A DNA stretch of 64,000 nt from an uncultured Bacteroidota bacterium (GTDB taxonomy: Bacteria; Bacteroidota; Ignavibacteria; UBA10030; UBA6906). Each line of letters opens with the position of its first letter. The stretch's first letter is position 1. The stretch spans positions 1,088,001 through 1,152,000 of the forward strand of contig CAVOYH010000003.1 of assembly GCA_963700635.1 (NCBI GenBank), in the 5' to 3' direction. The notes beneath the pieces are model-generated. The model ran no database searches. It was not told where the DNA came from and worked only from the letters and a program-made list of their open reading frames with translations. Position numbers and translations under genes: made by a program. This document shows positions 1-11,325 of the stretch, in pieces.

Positions 1-1273
1 AACGCGTGATTTTGCTGTGGTCTCTCATCGTGTCATCCCCGCCCGGTCACAGGACACGGGCACACCTGCACAGGGCTCCCCCTTCAGCCAGGCGAAGTTG
101 ACCTCCAGGGATCTCCCTCATTCTTGATTGCTCCTATCTTCACCGGAATATCTCGGACGAGCAGACTTCCGGATTGTTCCTGCCGGGATTTGTCGAGTCG
201 GGCGAGCACTCTCTCCCTCGCGAGGGCGTGAACCTCAACTATGCCGAAATCACCTTCTACTCCGTCATAGATCCATACTTTGAACTCTTTGCAGTCTGTC
301 ACCTTTCAGAGGAGCACTTCCATCTTGAGGAGGCTTACTGGCTGACCAAGAAACTCGCCGCGGGATTCCAACTCAAAGCCGGAAAGTTCCTATCAAGCTT
401 TGGAAGAATCAACGAACTCCACACCCACTACTGGGATTTTGCCGATCGTCCGTTGGTACATCAAGCGATGTTCGGAGACGAGGGCTTGAACGAAATTGGT
501 GCGCGCATAACGTGGTCACACGACGGAGGTGTATCTCGTTCTCGGCACGGAAGTATTCTGATGGGAGAGAATGAGGCAAGTTTTGGCAGGACGGGATTTC
601 TACTACCCCAGGAGAACATTCATGTCAGCAGCGTAAGGGGTCCTGGTCTCTTCGTAGGGTATCTTGAAACATCCGTAGACATCGGTGATGCATCGGTTCT
701 AATGCGTCTCTCGGGGGCACAAGGCACAACCCGCAGCGATGAGGGTGGCTCATCCGGTGCACCGAACAGTCGTGCCCTCTCCGGAAGCACTACGGTCTTG
801 GGCGGTGCCCTCACGGTGAAACATACGTTCGATGCCATTCGCTACATTTTCTTCCAGTCCGAGTATTTGGAGGCACAGCGATGGGACATTTTACGCCCTC
901 GACCTGGCACAGCAAGTGCACCAGTCGGCACTGGAGAAGCGTCAGTCAGGATTTTACGCACAGGCCGTGGTGAAATTTGGCCTTCGAGATGCGCGGTGGG
1001 CTCCGATTCGACATGCTTCAGGGCAACCAGGTTACGAAAACGGGCTGCGAAGCGATCTCCCCGCAAGTCTTCCACGCTATAGTGCCATGCTCGAGTTCAA
1101 TCCCACTAGTCTCTCGCATCCGGCTCCAGTACAACTATGACCGTTCGCACTACACGAAAACGAATGAACAACTGAACAGAATGGCAGTCCACGAACTGAG
1201 CCTCCAGATCAATCTCGCGATCGGCGCTCACGGCGCACACGCATTGTCAACAGAAAAGGGATCACGACTATGA
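1..1273 (+). pseudogene. Outer-membrane porin/receptor associated with metal ABC uptake (5' end outside window; split over several frames)
   Basis: Pieces in successive frames: 'LNYAEITFYSVIDPYF', 'KAGKFLSSFGRINELHTHYWDFADRPLV', 'RYSAMLEFNPT', 'SRIRLQYNYD' and C-terminal 'GAHGAH'. Lies directly upstream of the metal SBP gene. Frameshifts may be sequencing errors. Confidence 0.7.
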
Positions 1274-2166
1274 AGAAGTGGTTTTCCGCTCTCCTACTTC
1301 CCGCTGCATTTCTCTCCTCCTGGACATCTGCCAAACCTCTGCACGTTGTTGCGGCCTATCCGTATATCGGCGATCTTGTTGAAAGGATTGGAGGAAGTAA
1401 CGTGAGGGTCTTCTCTCTCGCCCGCGGCGACTACAATCCGCATGTGATCATCCCGCGGCCGTCATTCATCGCACACGTACGAGGAGCAGACCTTCTTATC
1501 ATCAACGGGGCCCAGCTCGAGATCGGATGGATGCCCCCGCTGCTGCGGCAGGCAAACAACCCTGCAGTACAAACCAGTGAACCGGGGTTCCTGGATCTCT
1601 CGCAATACGTCACGCTGATTGATGTCCCGACCTCGGTCTCCCGCGAGCATGGTGATGTGCATCCTGAAGGAAACCCACACTTCTATCTCGATCCGGAGAA
1701 TATCCCGCCTATTGCCCGGGCAATCAAAGACAAGCTTGTGCAACTCGATTCGCGAAATGCCTCGTACTATGAGCACAGGTACCGTGATTTCTCTGAATTG
1801 TGGGAGAAGAAACTCGTTGAATGGACCCAGAAAATGGCCCATCTCAAAAACGTAAGGGTTGTAGAGTACCACAAGAACTACGACTATTTTCTCCGCCGCT
1901 ACAAGTTGCAGATTGCCGGGACGGTGGAACCGTTGCCCGGGATTCCTCCAACATCCAAGCACATGGAACATCTCGAAGTTCTCCTGAACGCCGCACCCTC
2001 ACGGTTTGTCCTTCAGGATGTCTACAATCCCGACGACGCATCCCGCCACCTGGCCGAAAAGCTAAACATGAAACTCGTCGTCTTGCCGCATGACGTGGGT
2101 GCTGTCAAAGAAACCACCAGTATCGTCTCCCTCTTTGACGAGCTTGTTAGGAGGATCACCGAATGA
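1270..2166 (+). CDS. Metal (Zn/Mn) ABC transporter substrate-binding protein, ZnuA/TroA family
   Basis: Signal peptide; 'NPH', 'DLLIINGAQLE', 'HPEGNPHFYLDP', 'PGIPPT' motifs. Confidence 0.92.
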   Translation: MKKWFSALLLPAAFLSSWTSAKPLHVVAAYPYIGDLVERIGGSNVRVFSLARGDYNPHVIIPRPSFIAHVRGADLLIINGAQLEIGWMPPLLRQANNPAVQTSEPGFLDLSQYVTLIDVPTSVSREHGDVHPEGNPHFYLDPENIPPIARAIKDKLVQLDSRNASYYEHRYRDFSELWEKKLVEWTQKMAHLKNVRVVEYHKNYDYFLRRYKLQIAGTVEPLPGIPPTSKHMEHLEVLLNAAPSRFVLQDVYNPDDASRHLAEKLNMKLVVLPHDVGAVKETTSIVSLFDELVRRITE

Positions 2167-2918
2167 TGACGGATATTCTGTTCTCCGCTTTTCTGCTCTC
2201 GGTTGTGCTCCTCGGCATTCATTCCTTTTTCGGCCTCGAGATCATCAAGAGGGGCATCATCTTCACCGATCTTGCAATTGGACAGATGGCTGCCGTAGGA
2301 GGCGCCGTTTCGATCCTCTTTCTCGACGGTGACTATCTCGATCCGATTTCCCTGGGATTCGCGCTCGTTGCTGGCGCCATCATTGCCTTTACTACCCCAC
2401 GCGCATACACGCACGAAGCATTTATTGGACTTCTCTATGCGTTTGGACTTTCAGCTGTCTTCATCCTTCTTTCGAAGTCCCCCCATGGGATGGAGACATT
2501 CCAGAAGCTGATGGCATCAGACATCCTGTTCACACCGCTATCGGAAGTCCTTAGAACCGCCGGGATCTATGCTGTCCTCGGCACAATCCTCCTTCTTTTC
2601 TACAACAGATCGAGTGGACTCGTCAAAGAAGGTCTTTTCTTTATCACGTTTGCGATTACGGTGACCGTTGCGGTACGACTGGCAGGAGTACTCGTTGTAT
2701 TCGCCCTGCTGGTAGCCCCCGCACTCATTGCGCTCAAGATCAGGAGGGGGATTCCCATCATCAACGCATGGATCATCGGCACGGTCGTCAACGTTGCCGC
2801 AATTTTCGTTTCGTACAATTTCGATTTCCCCACCGGTTACACGCTGGTTTGTCTTCATGCGTTGCTCGCGTTGATTGTCTCTATCGTGCCGGTCCGAACG
2901 CTGAGAACACATACATAG
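2163..2918 (+). CDS. Metal ABC transporter permease (ABC-3/ZnuB-like)
   Basis: Highly hydrophobic; 'RGIIFTDLAIGQMAA', 'GVLVVFALLVAPA'; ATGA overlap with the SBP gene. Confidence 0.88.
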   Translation: MMTDILFSAFLLSVVLLGIHSFFGLEIIKRGIIFTDLAIGQMAAVGGAVSILFLDGDYLDPISLGFALVAGAIIAFTTPRAYTHEAFIGLLYAFGLSAVFILLSKSPHGMETFQKLMASDILFTPLSEVLRTAGIYAVLGTILLLFYNRSSGLVKEGLFFITFAITVTVAVRLAGVLVVFALLVAPALIALKIRRGIPIINAWIIGTVVNVAAIFVSYNFDFPTGYTLVCLHALLALIVSIVPVRTLRTHT

Positions 2919-2954
2919 ACCAATGTCACAACCAGCTACCGTGAGAGAACGATA

Positions 2955-3821
2955 GTGTTCGACCCGCGATGTATTCCATGCATAGTGAACCAGGCCACCC
3001 GTGCCTCCGCCCTTTTCGCAGAGGGAAACAAGGAACGCCAACTGGCGATCATCAAAGAGGTCTGCAGGGAAATAGAGGAGATTGACAGCGCGTACACTGC
3101 ACCGCTTTTTTCTGCGAGGATACAGTCCATCGTGGAACGGCATACGGGGATGGTGAATCCATACGGCGCGATCAAAGAACAGAACAGGAGAAGGGTCGAG
3201 GCATACCTACCGTACATCAAAGGATTGATGGATCGGGCGGAGGACCGGCTTGAGGTTGCCGTTCGAGCCGCGATTGTCGGCAACATCATCGACCTGGGCG
3301 CGAGTCCGACGTTCGACATCGAGAGTGAGGTCAATCGCCTGGAGTCAGACTTCATCGACCTGTCGATGCTTCCACGGTTCAAACAGGAGCTGGCAGAGGC
3401 CAGAGTGGTCCTGTACATCGGCGACAACTATGAAGAGGCGTTGTTCGACAAATTCCTCCTGTCCGAGTTGTTGCCGCGAAAGGTGGTCTTCGCCGTCCGC
3501 TCACGGCCAATCCTGAACGATATTACCCTTGACGATGCGCGGAGGATCGGGATCGATGTCATCTGTCGTGTCATCGAGAGCGGCAGCACTATCGCCGGGA
3601 CAGACATGAAAACGTGCTCGCCCGAATTCCTGAAGCTCTACCATGAGGCCGACATTGTGATCGCCAAAGGGCAGGGGAACTATGAAACATTAATCGATGA
3701 GACGCGCGCCATAACCTTCATCTTCAGGATCAAATGCGAGGTCATTGCAGAACGCTCCGGTATCCCCGTAGGCAGCGGTGTTCTCCTTGTCAATCCTCCC
3801 TCGGCTGCTGCCCGTCCTTAA
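2955..3821 (+). CDS. DUF89/ARMT1-like damage-control phosphatase
   Basis: N-terminal 'CIPC', 'AIVGNIID', 'GDN', 'PILND', 'IAKGQGNYETL', 'KC' motifs. Confidence 0.88.
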   Translation: MFDPRCIPCIVNQATRASALFAEGNKERQLAIIKEVCREIEEIDSAYTAPLFSARIQSIVERHTGMVNPYGAIKEQNRRRVEAYLPYIKGLMDRAEDRLEVAVRAAIVGNIIDLGASPTFDIESEVNRLESDFIDLSMLPRFKQELAEARVVLYIGDNYEEALFDKFLLSELLPRKVVFAVRSRPILNDITLDDARRIGIDVICRVIESGSTIAGTDMKTCSPEFLKLYHEADIVIAKGQGNYETLIDETRAITFIFRIKCEVIAERSGIPVGSGVLLVNPPSAAARP

Positions 3822-3897
3822 AGTATGGAGCAGACGATGGTCCGGAGCTGGGTATGAGGTTCTCTCGCATTGTTACATGCAGTTCAAAGAAATATTG

Positions 3898-6190
3898 ATG
3901 ACCAAACGAGCAACGCTGATCCCGGTCACTGAGCCGGCAAAAGCCCCGCCGCGGGGAGGAACCTCTCGTTGCCGGCGTTGAGTGATCTTCCCACGGGGAC
4001 ACGGGGATCGTGAAACATCTGGGGGGCGGACAGCGATTCATCAGCCGGATATCTGCGCTCGGTTTTGTGGCAGACGCCGAAGTGGAGATCGTCCGGAGCC
4101 TCAGCCAGAGATCGATCATCGTCGCAGTCCGCGGGACACAGATCGCGCTCGGGTACGGCGAGGCCGCCAAGGTGCATGTACAGGTAACGACCGCCGAGGG
4201 GAAACCCGCGGCCCCTCACGGGACGCTGAGGGTCGCGCTCGCAGGACAGCCGAACGCGGGAAAGACCACGGTGTTCAATTCGCTGACAGGCCTCGCGCAG
4301 CATGTCGGCAACTGGCCAGGGAAAACCGTCGAGCAGATGTGCGGACTGCATCAATCCGGGAACACCACATTCCAGATCGTGGATCTGCCGGGGACATACA
4401 GTCTGACGTCGAATTCGCCCGAGGAGCGCATTGCGCGTGACTTCATTGTCCTGACGAGCCCGGACGTCGTCGTGATGATCGCGGATGCGTCGGCCCTGGA
4501 ACGGAATCTCTACCTGCTGGCGGAATTGTTGGTATTGCCGGCACCGGTCGTGCTGGGGTTGAACATGATGGATGTGGCCGAGGGGCAGGGCATCAGGTCG
4601 AAGCCCACGTCTTGGAGGCTGCCCTCGGATTGCCCGTCGTACCGATGGTTGCGACCAGGAATGAGGGGGTGCGAGAACTTGTTCGGACGGTCGAGCACCG
4701 TCGCGAGAGCCGGGGAGCTTTACGCCCGGTACGGCCGGAGATCGCGAGCCGTCACCGATAGCGGTGCTGGCGCAAGTCCGTGAGACCCTTCTGATCGAGC
4801 ATGTTCCCGCCCCGTATCGGGCGGAATGGATCGCGCTCAAGTTGCTTGAGGGCGACGAGGAAGTCACCGACAAGGCACGATCCTGGCACCTGAAATCAGA
4901 CTGGTGCAGTCGATTGAGGTCCTGCTCAAGGCACATGAGGACGCTGTGATTGCCATCGCCGGGGGCCGCTATGACTGGATCGGGCGGATGGTGCGCGCGG
5001 CAGTGATGCGGCCTCATGCCGGACAGATCACGGTAACGGAGCACATCGACCGAATCGCCACACACCCCGTCTGGGGATTCATGATGCTCCTCGGAGTGCT
5101 GGCTGTTGTCTTCGGGATTACATACGGCGTGGGTGCGCCCTTGCAGCGTTGGATGAACCAGGACCTGGTCCAGGCCGGGGCTGACGCTCTGCGCGTAGCC
5201 CTTTCCGGTGCGCCCTGGTGGTTCGTGGGCCTGCTCACCGACGGCGTTGTTGCAGGGGCAGGGATGGTGCTCACCTTTCTGCCGATCCTGGTCGTGTTCT
5301 TCTTCCTGCTAGGACTTTTTGAAGAAGTGGGCTACATGGCACGCGCGGCGTATCTCATGGACCGCTTCATGCACTGGATGGGGTTACACGGCAAGTCATT
5401 TCTGCCGCTCTGCCTAAGCTGCGGCTGCAACGTGCCGGGCGTGCTGTGCGCCCGCATCATTGAGTCACCCCGCGCCCGCATCCTGACGATCCTGCTTACT
5501 CCTCTGGTGCCGTGCACCGCCCGCCTCACGGCGTTGGCGGTGCTCACGCCGCACTTTTTCGGCTCCGCAGCTGTGTGGGTGGCCACCGGTGTGGTCGGCT
5601 TGAATCTGCTCCTGCTCATGGGGACCGGATTCGCTCTCCACGAACTGGTGCTGGGGGGAGAGCATGTCGCCTTCATCATGGAAATGCCTCTCTATCACAT
5701 GCCGAGCGTACGCACGATCGGTTTGTCCGTCTGGCGCCGCTCCCTCGAGTTCCTGAAAAAGGCCGGAGGCATCATCGTTGTCGTCTCGATAGTGGTCTGG
5801 CTCCTTTCGGCTCTTCCCGGAGGCGATTTGGAGACAAGCTATTTAGCGGATATCGGACGGTTCTTCTCCCCTATCGGAGCCTGGATGGGCCTGGATTGGC
5901 GTATTATTGTGGCGCTGTTGACCAGCGTCCTCGCCAAGGAGAATACCATTGCCACCTTGGCGGTGCTGTATCACGGAAGCAGTCTTCACGCTCTTGTCGC
6001 CTCAGTCACACCGGCAGCAGCGCTTGCGTTCCTTGTGATGCAGGTGACGTTTGTTCCGTGCGTGGCTACCATGGCGGCGATCCGTCAGGAAACGAAATCG
6101 TGGGGGTGGACAGCGTCCAGCGTGGCACTGATGCTGGTCATTTCATTGGTGGCGGGTGTGGCAGTGTACCAGGTCGTCCGCCTGCTGTAG
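3898..6190 (+). pseudogene. feoB: FeoA-FeoB fusion ferrous iron transporter (frameshifted near ~3980, ~4600, ~4780 and ~4900)
   Basis: FeoA SH3-like segment 'RISALGF...VRGTQIALG' in frame with G1 'GQPNAGKTT', 'GNWPGKTV', 'DLPGTYSL', 'LNMMD'. Membrane domain with 'GYMARAAYLMD', 'GCNVP', 'FIMEMPLY', 'AKEN', 'PCVAT'. Confidence 0.9.
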
Positions 6191-6289
6191 GTGTGCCCCG
6201 TCTCAATTCCAACCGCGCGCAAGACGTCTGACCGCACATGTGATGCGCGCATCAGCGGGAGCAAGACTCTCATCGTCGCGCCGCCTTCA

Positions 6290-8141
6290 CTACCCCTGAC
6301 GGCGATGATACAACCGATGCACTTCCAGTTGATGCTTCAGTGTGATCGCCACCTTCTTCTTTAATTGATCAATGAGATCCGGGCCCAGGATGAAGATGTC
6401 CTCTTCCGCTTTGGTCGGTGCCGTGAGCACGAGCGGCACACGGCTGGCCTCCAGCAACCGGATCAGATCATTCGTATTGTCGATGTCACGCCGGGAAACG
6501 ATCTGAATCTCCCGCAGGAGCTGATCACCATCCATGGGATAGATGTTCTGCTCGACAGGTGGCTTTGAATAATCCGACCGGTCCAGGATGTCCTGGTACT
6601 GGCTGGTGTAATGCGCGTTGCGATAGAAGCAGACCAACGTCCGCACTCTGTTCTGCAACACTGCCCATTGATCGTCCGGTGCCTTTGTTACCTTGCCGAG
6701 ATCGTCAATGGCCGACTGCAGCAGTCCGATCGCCAGAGTGAACTGGGTGCCGGTGATCATCGTACCGGAGAAGCCGTTGATCACTTCGAACCCCTGCAGA
6801 TTCATCAGGTCCGCTGCTTCTTCCTCGGAGTTGGACTGGAACTGGTACTTGCGGTAATAGTCCTTTTCTTCCGGCGTCAGCTCCATGGGGAACGGTACCA
6901 GTGGACGGGTGATCCAGCGCTGGTTGACTGTGCCGACGAGCATGAGCGGATCGCCGGATAGATTGTGCACGATCAACGCTGCCCGGCCAATCTTGTCCCA
7001 TGCCTGCATCAGGTGATGTGCACCTTCGGGACCGGCGAAATGTTCCGCAGTGCGCAGAATGTTCTGCATACGACCGATCATGGTTGTGGCCGGGTTGTTG
7101 CGGAATTGATGCACCAGTTCGAAGTACTCCGGCGCGTTGGCCTCATCCATCATGAACGTCCGGTTTGTCGTCTGATCGCTCGAGGCGTCCTGCAACTGCT
7201 CCGCGACCCGGAAGACTTGAGGGATCCCCAGGACGGGACCGACACCGCTGATGTAAAAATTGTAGCCGATGGTACGTGTTGGCACGGATTCGTCCCGGGT
7301 CTTAAAATTGAGTGCCTGCCCGGATTTGAGCAGCGGGATCACCGATGCCACTTCGGCCTGCGAGATATAGCCGGAGCCATAGTGCATGGAGACCTCGGCC
7401 TGCAGGCCGGCATCCCTGGCGCCGTCCTGTATGGTCGACATGAATCCGACGACACGGTCGGCATACGACCGTTTTTCGCACCATGACGGACCGTTTTGGC
7501 CGGGATAGAGGCTGACGCTCCAGCAGATACCGCCACCGGAATCGTTGGTCAGAAGGGAAAAGACCTCAATGGGTGCCTGGCGGCACAACTCCGCCACCGC
7601 CTTGCGATACATGGCCAGCACTTCCGGCTGGTCGATACAGGGTGCGTAGTAGGTATGGCGTGCGCGTCGCGGATGTTCACAGCGTGGACCTCGCCATTCC
7701 GGATGAGCCTGATACACCGCTTCCGGCAGCCACGCTGGCTCTTTGCCAAAGAACGCCGCTTTTAATCCCAACTTTTTCAGTATGACGCATCGTTCCTTCA
7801 CGATCTGCAGATTCTTCTTCGCATAATTGGCAGGCAGGAATGGCTTCAATTCCTCCGGCACCCCCACTTTAAACAGAGATGTGACGAGCATACCCCAATT
7901 GGGATACGGATCGTTCATATCCAGCTCCCACTGCCACCGGCTTTTCGGCAGGTCGCTGATCGACACGTGGGTGGCGCCCAGTTCGGCCGCCTGCCTGGCC
8001 AATTGACGGAACTCTTCCATACTGTTGGTGGGACAGGTAAAGATCACCTTCTTGCTTCGAATCCATTCTCAAAACTCCTTGATTATTGTCTTCTGCAGCA
8101 ACGGAAAGCGGGAACAACAGACATAGAACATACAGTAACAT
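6290..8141 (-). CDS. Secreted hypothetical protein of ~600 aa (signal peptide separated from the body by a frameshift near 8050)
   Basis: 585-aa ORF 6290-8047 with protein-like composition. Upstream frame encodes the signal peptide 'MLLYVLCLLFPLSVAAED'. Confidence 0.7.
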
Positions 8142-8544
8142 CGTGATCCTCGAGACTCTTCCTGGCGCCTGACCTTGTCCTTCTGTGAGAGGATCAGTCG
8201 TCCGATCACAGGAGTCCCTCGTTGTTCAGGAAGAGGTTCCTGCCGATCATGTCAGTGCGCGCGGGGATGCCCCGGGCGAGCTCTCGTAGGATGCTAACGT
8301 GATGACATGGGTGAGACCGGGTTCACTCTGCAGTTCGGCGATGGCTTTGCCGGGCTCGAGGGACTTGATGCCATGGAAGAACCGGGGACTCGTTGCGACC
8401 TCGATCATTACCCAACAAGATACTCGGAACGGGGGAGAAACGCAAAGGCAAATTGCAGCAGCAAGCTCAGGTCGGAGCTGTCAGCAGAATCTTGACAGTC
8501 TCAACGTGAACTCCATGCAGCGATGCCTCGAAGCCGCTCGTATC

Positions 8545-8754
8545 CCACTTGTAGTACGTCGCCTCGCTGATCCCGATCTGCCGCAGAACCTCCTCAAGAG
8601 ACATCCCCTTGCCCTGGAGGACCTCCGCCTCCCGCAACTTTGCAATGATTTGTTCCGCCGTGTGCCGCTGCTTGCCCATATCTCCCTCTTTCTGGCCCAC
8701 GATAACACTATTTTCGTCTACAAAACCTTGGGCCGACTTTCAGGGGGCACGTCC
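8545..8754 (-). mobile_element. IS3-family insertion sequence fragment: left end plus truncated OrfA
   Basis: 'MGKQRHTAEQIIAKLREAEVLQGKGMSLEEVLRQIGISEATYYKW' is a typical IS3 OrfA HTH (ATG 8679). The end sequence GACGTGCCCCCTGAAAGTCGG resembles IS3/IS407-group IRs. Similarity stops after the W codon. Confidence 0.8.
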
Positions 8755-8771
8755 GGAGGCCGCACCTGTCA

Positions 8772-9993
8772 TTATTCATGCCGGAGCGCTTCGATAGGAT
8801 CCAATGCGGATGCTTTCCGAGCCGGATACCAGCCGAAAAACACTCCGATAAACGTGCAGAACAGGAAAGAAAGAAGTATGGATTTCGTGGTAATTAGCAC
8901 AGGCCAGGACATCATACTTTCAACCATGTTTGAGGCAAATACGCCCACTGCGACGCCAATAATTCCTCCCAGTACACTGAGTAAAACAGCTTCGAGAAGA
9001 AACTGTATTAGAATATCCTTGTCTTGACCGCCGATTGCTAATCGTAGACCTATCTCTCGGGTTCGTTCTGTAACGGAAACATAACATGATGTTCATGATG
9101 CCAATGCCGCCAACGATCAAAGATATTGCTGCAATGGAACCAAGCAGCACAAGCATCATTTCCGAGATTGATCCGAAGGTACTTATTAACTCTTGCTGTG
9201 TTCTGATTTCAAAATCATTTTCATCGGCATCTTTCAACTTGTGTGAAATTCTCATTGCTTTTTCTATTTGAGCACTCGCATCGTCAATTTCGTCTTCCGA
9301 TATAGCGGACATAACAATCGCGCGTAGATGCGTGTGGCGCGTTATTCGTTTCATAACTGTTGTGTATGGTGCGAGTATTAAATCATCTTGATCTTGACCA
9401 AAAGTATTATCACCCTTTTCTTCGAGTACGCCAATTACTTTAAATGGTATTTTGTTGAATCGTACAGTCTGCCCAATCGGATCAACATCATCTTCAAACA
9501 GATTATCAACTACAGTTTGTCCGAGTAAACATACTTTTGCAGCACTTTTTATCTCCTCTGAGCTATAGATTTTGCCGCGTGACACTGGATACTTTTTTAT
9601 ATAAGTATATTCTTCATTACCACTTTTAATTTGTGTCGGCCAGTTATTCGAGCCAAAAATTACTTGACCAGAACCATCAACTTCAGGGGATACAGCCCCA
9701 ATCAAATCACAGTTTTCTCTTATATAATCGGCATCAGCCACTTCGAGAGTTTGAGACATTTCTCTGCCTTGCTGAACACTGCCGCTATTTCTGCTGGCGG
9801 GCTGGACGTGAATAAGGTTTGTGCCCATTGTAGCAGTTTTCTTTTTGATGCTGGCATTTGAACCTTCTCCAATTGCAAGCATTGCAATGACAGATGCAAC
9901 TCCGATTATTATCCCCAACATTGTCAGGAACGAACGGGTTGTATTTCTCTTAATTGCTGAGAGAGCGACTTTAATTAAATTTGGCCAGTTCAT
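8772..9993 (-). pseudogene. MacB/FtsX-family ABC permease (frameshift near 9085)
   Basis: 'RSFLTMLGIIIGVASVIAM', 'ISLIVGGIGIMNIML'; after the shift 'SVTERTREIGLRLAIG' and 'GVFFGWYPARKASALDPIEALRHE*'. Confidence 0.88.
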
Positions 9994-10030
9994 TTTCTAT
10001 ACATGATGTGTTCATAATGCAGATATTGTG

Positions 10031-10665
10031 CTATGTGCATCTTAATCCGGCGTAAGTGAATCCTAATCTCTCCAGTGAAGTTTCCTTTTCTTCTAATCGT
10101 TCAGTAGCTTGTTGGGCACTAGACAGGTTCCTAACTACATCATCTTTAAGCAACCTTCCATCACGGAAGACAATATGTCTCTTTGTAAACCCGGCTATGT
10201 CCGGTTCATGAGTTACAAATCCGATCGTTATTCCATTTTCATTCAATGCCTGGAATAAGCTCATAATCTCATAAGATGTTTTGGTTCCACATTGCCGGTT
10301 GCTTCATCGGCTAAAATTATCACAGGGTCATTTACTAATGAACGGGCTATCGCGACACGCTGTTGCTGTCCACCAGACATCTGATTGGAAAGATGTTTCA
10401 TTCTGTCCGCTAACCCGACAGCTTCAAGTGCATGTTCTGCTTTTTCTCTACGAAGTGTATTGCTTACGCTCGAGTTATAAAGTAATGGTAGTTCTACATT
10501 TGCCAGTGCCGTTGTTTTGGGCAAAAGATTGTACGACTGGAAAACGAACCCAATTTGTGTGTTTCGGATATTCGCAAGTTGACTTCGTGTCATTGAATTA
10601 ACATTCTTCCCATCAAGCCAATAATCACCGCTGGTTGGTTTCTCCAGACAGCCCAAAATATTAAG
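10031..10665 (-). pseudogene. MacB/LolD-type ABC ATP-binding protein lacking its N-terminus and Walker A
   Basis: 'LNILGCLEKPTSGDY', 'IGFVFQSYNLL', '[13 protein letters not shown]', 'ILADEATGN', 'VTHE'; no GxxGxGKST present. Confidence 0.85.
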
Positions 10666-11325
10666 CACCTGAGTGATTCTACCGGAAAAGTTCTCATCCG
10701 GAAATGCATCAACCGTAAATTCAACACGTTGACCTTCTTTCACCACACCAATATCCGCTTCATCAACATTAGCTTCGACCTGCATTTCAGTAAGATCATT
10801 TGTAATAGTGAAGAGTTCGGGAGTGCTCACACTTGCAGCAACAGTTTGGCCTTCTTCAACGGCTCTATTCGTAACAATACCATCAATAGGGGCATAAATC
10901 TTTGCATAACTCAAATTTTGTTTTGCTTTATTGAGATTTGCTTTAGCCGATTTAAGAGATGCTTCACTTTTTTTGTAATTATACTTGCTCAAATCGTAAT
11001 CATTTGCGGAGATCATTTGTTTTTCAAGGAGTTGCTTGTTCCTTTCAAAGATCGATATCTGATATTCAAGCTCTGCTTCGGCATGCGAAAGATCAGCTTC
11101 GGCATTTTCTAAGTTTGATTGCAAAGTAGACTTATCAAGCTCGGCTATCATTTGCCCTTTTTTAACCCTTGAGTTAAAATCAACATAGAGCTTTTGTATC
11201 ACCCCTGATACTTGTGTTCCGACTATCACAGTGTTTGTTGCTTCTAATGTTCCTGTTGCAGTAACGGTATTACTTATCGAACCTTTCTAACTGTAACCGT
11301 CTCAAACACATAATCAATTTGTCCG
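10666..11325 (-). pseudogene. MacA/HlyD-family efflux periplasmic adaptor, truncated at both ends
   Basis: 'VGTQVSGVIQKLYVDFNSRVKKGQ', 'IYAPIDGIV', 'VEANVDEADIG', 'FTVDAFPD'; runs directly into the ATPase fragment. Confidence 0.85.

Noticed and set aside
3926-5065. Long antisense ORFs (also 61489-62658, 27440-28231 and others)
   Set aside because: These are shadow ORFs opposite or overlapping well-supported genes in GC-rich DNA.
8247-8408. 53-codon minus-strand ORF (MIEVATSPRFFHGIKS...)
   Set aside because: It is short, lies in an error-rich region and has no recognisable motif, so it cannot be supported as a gene.
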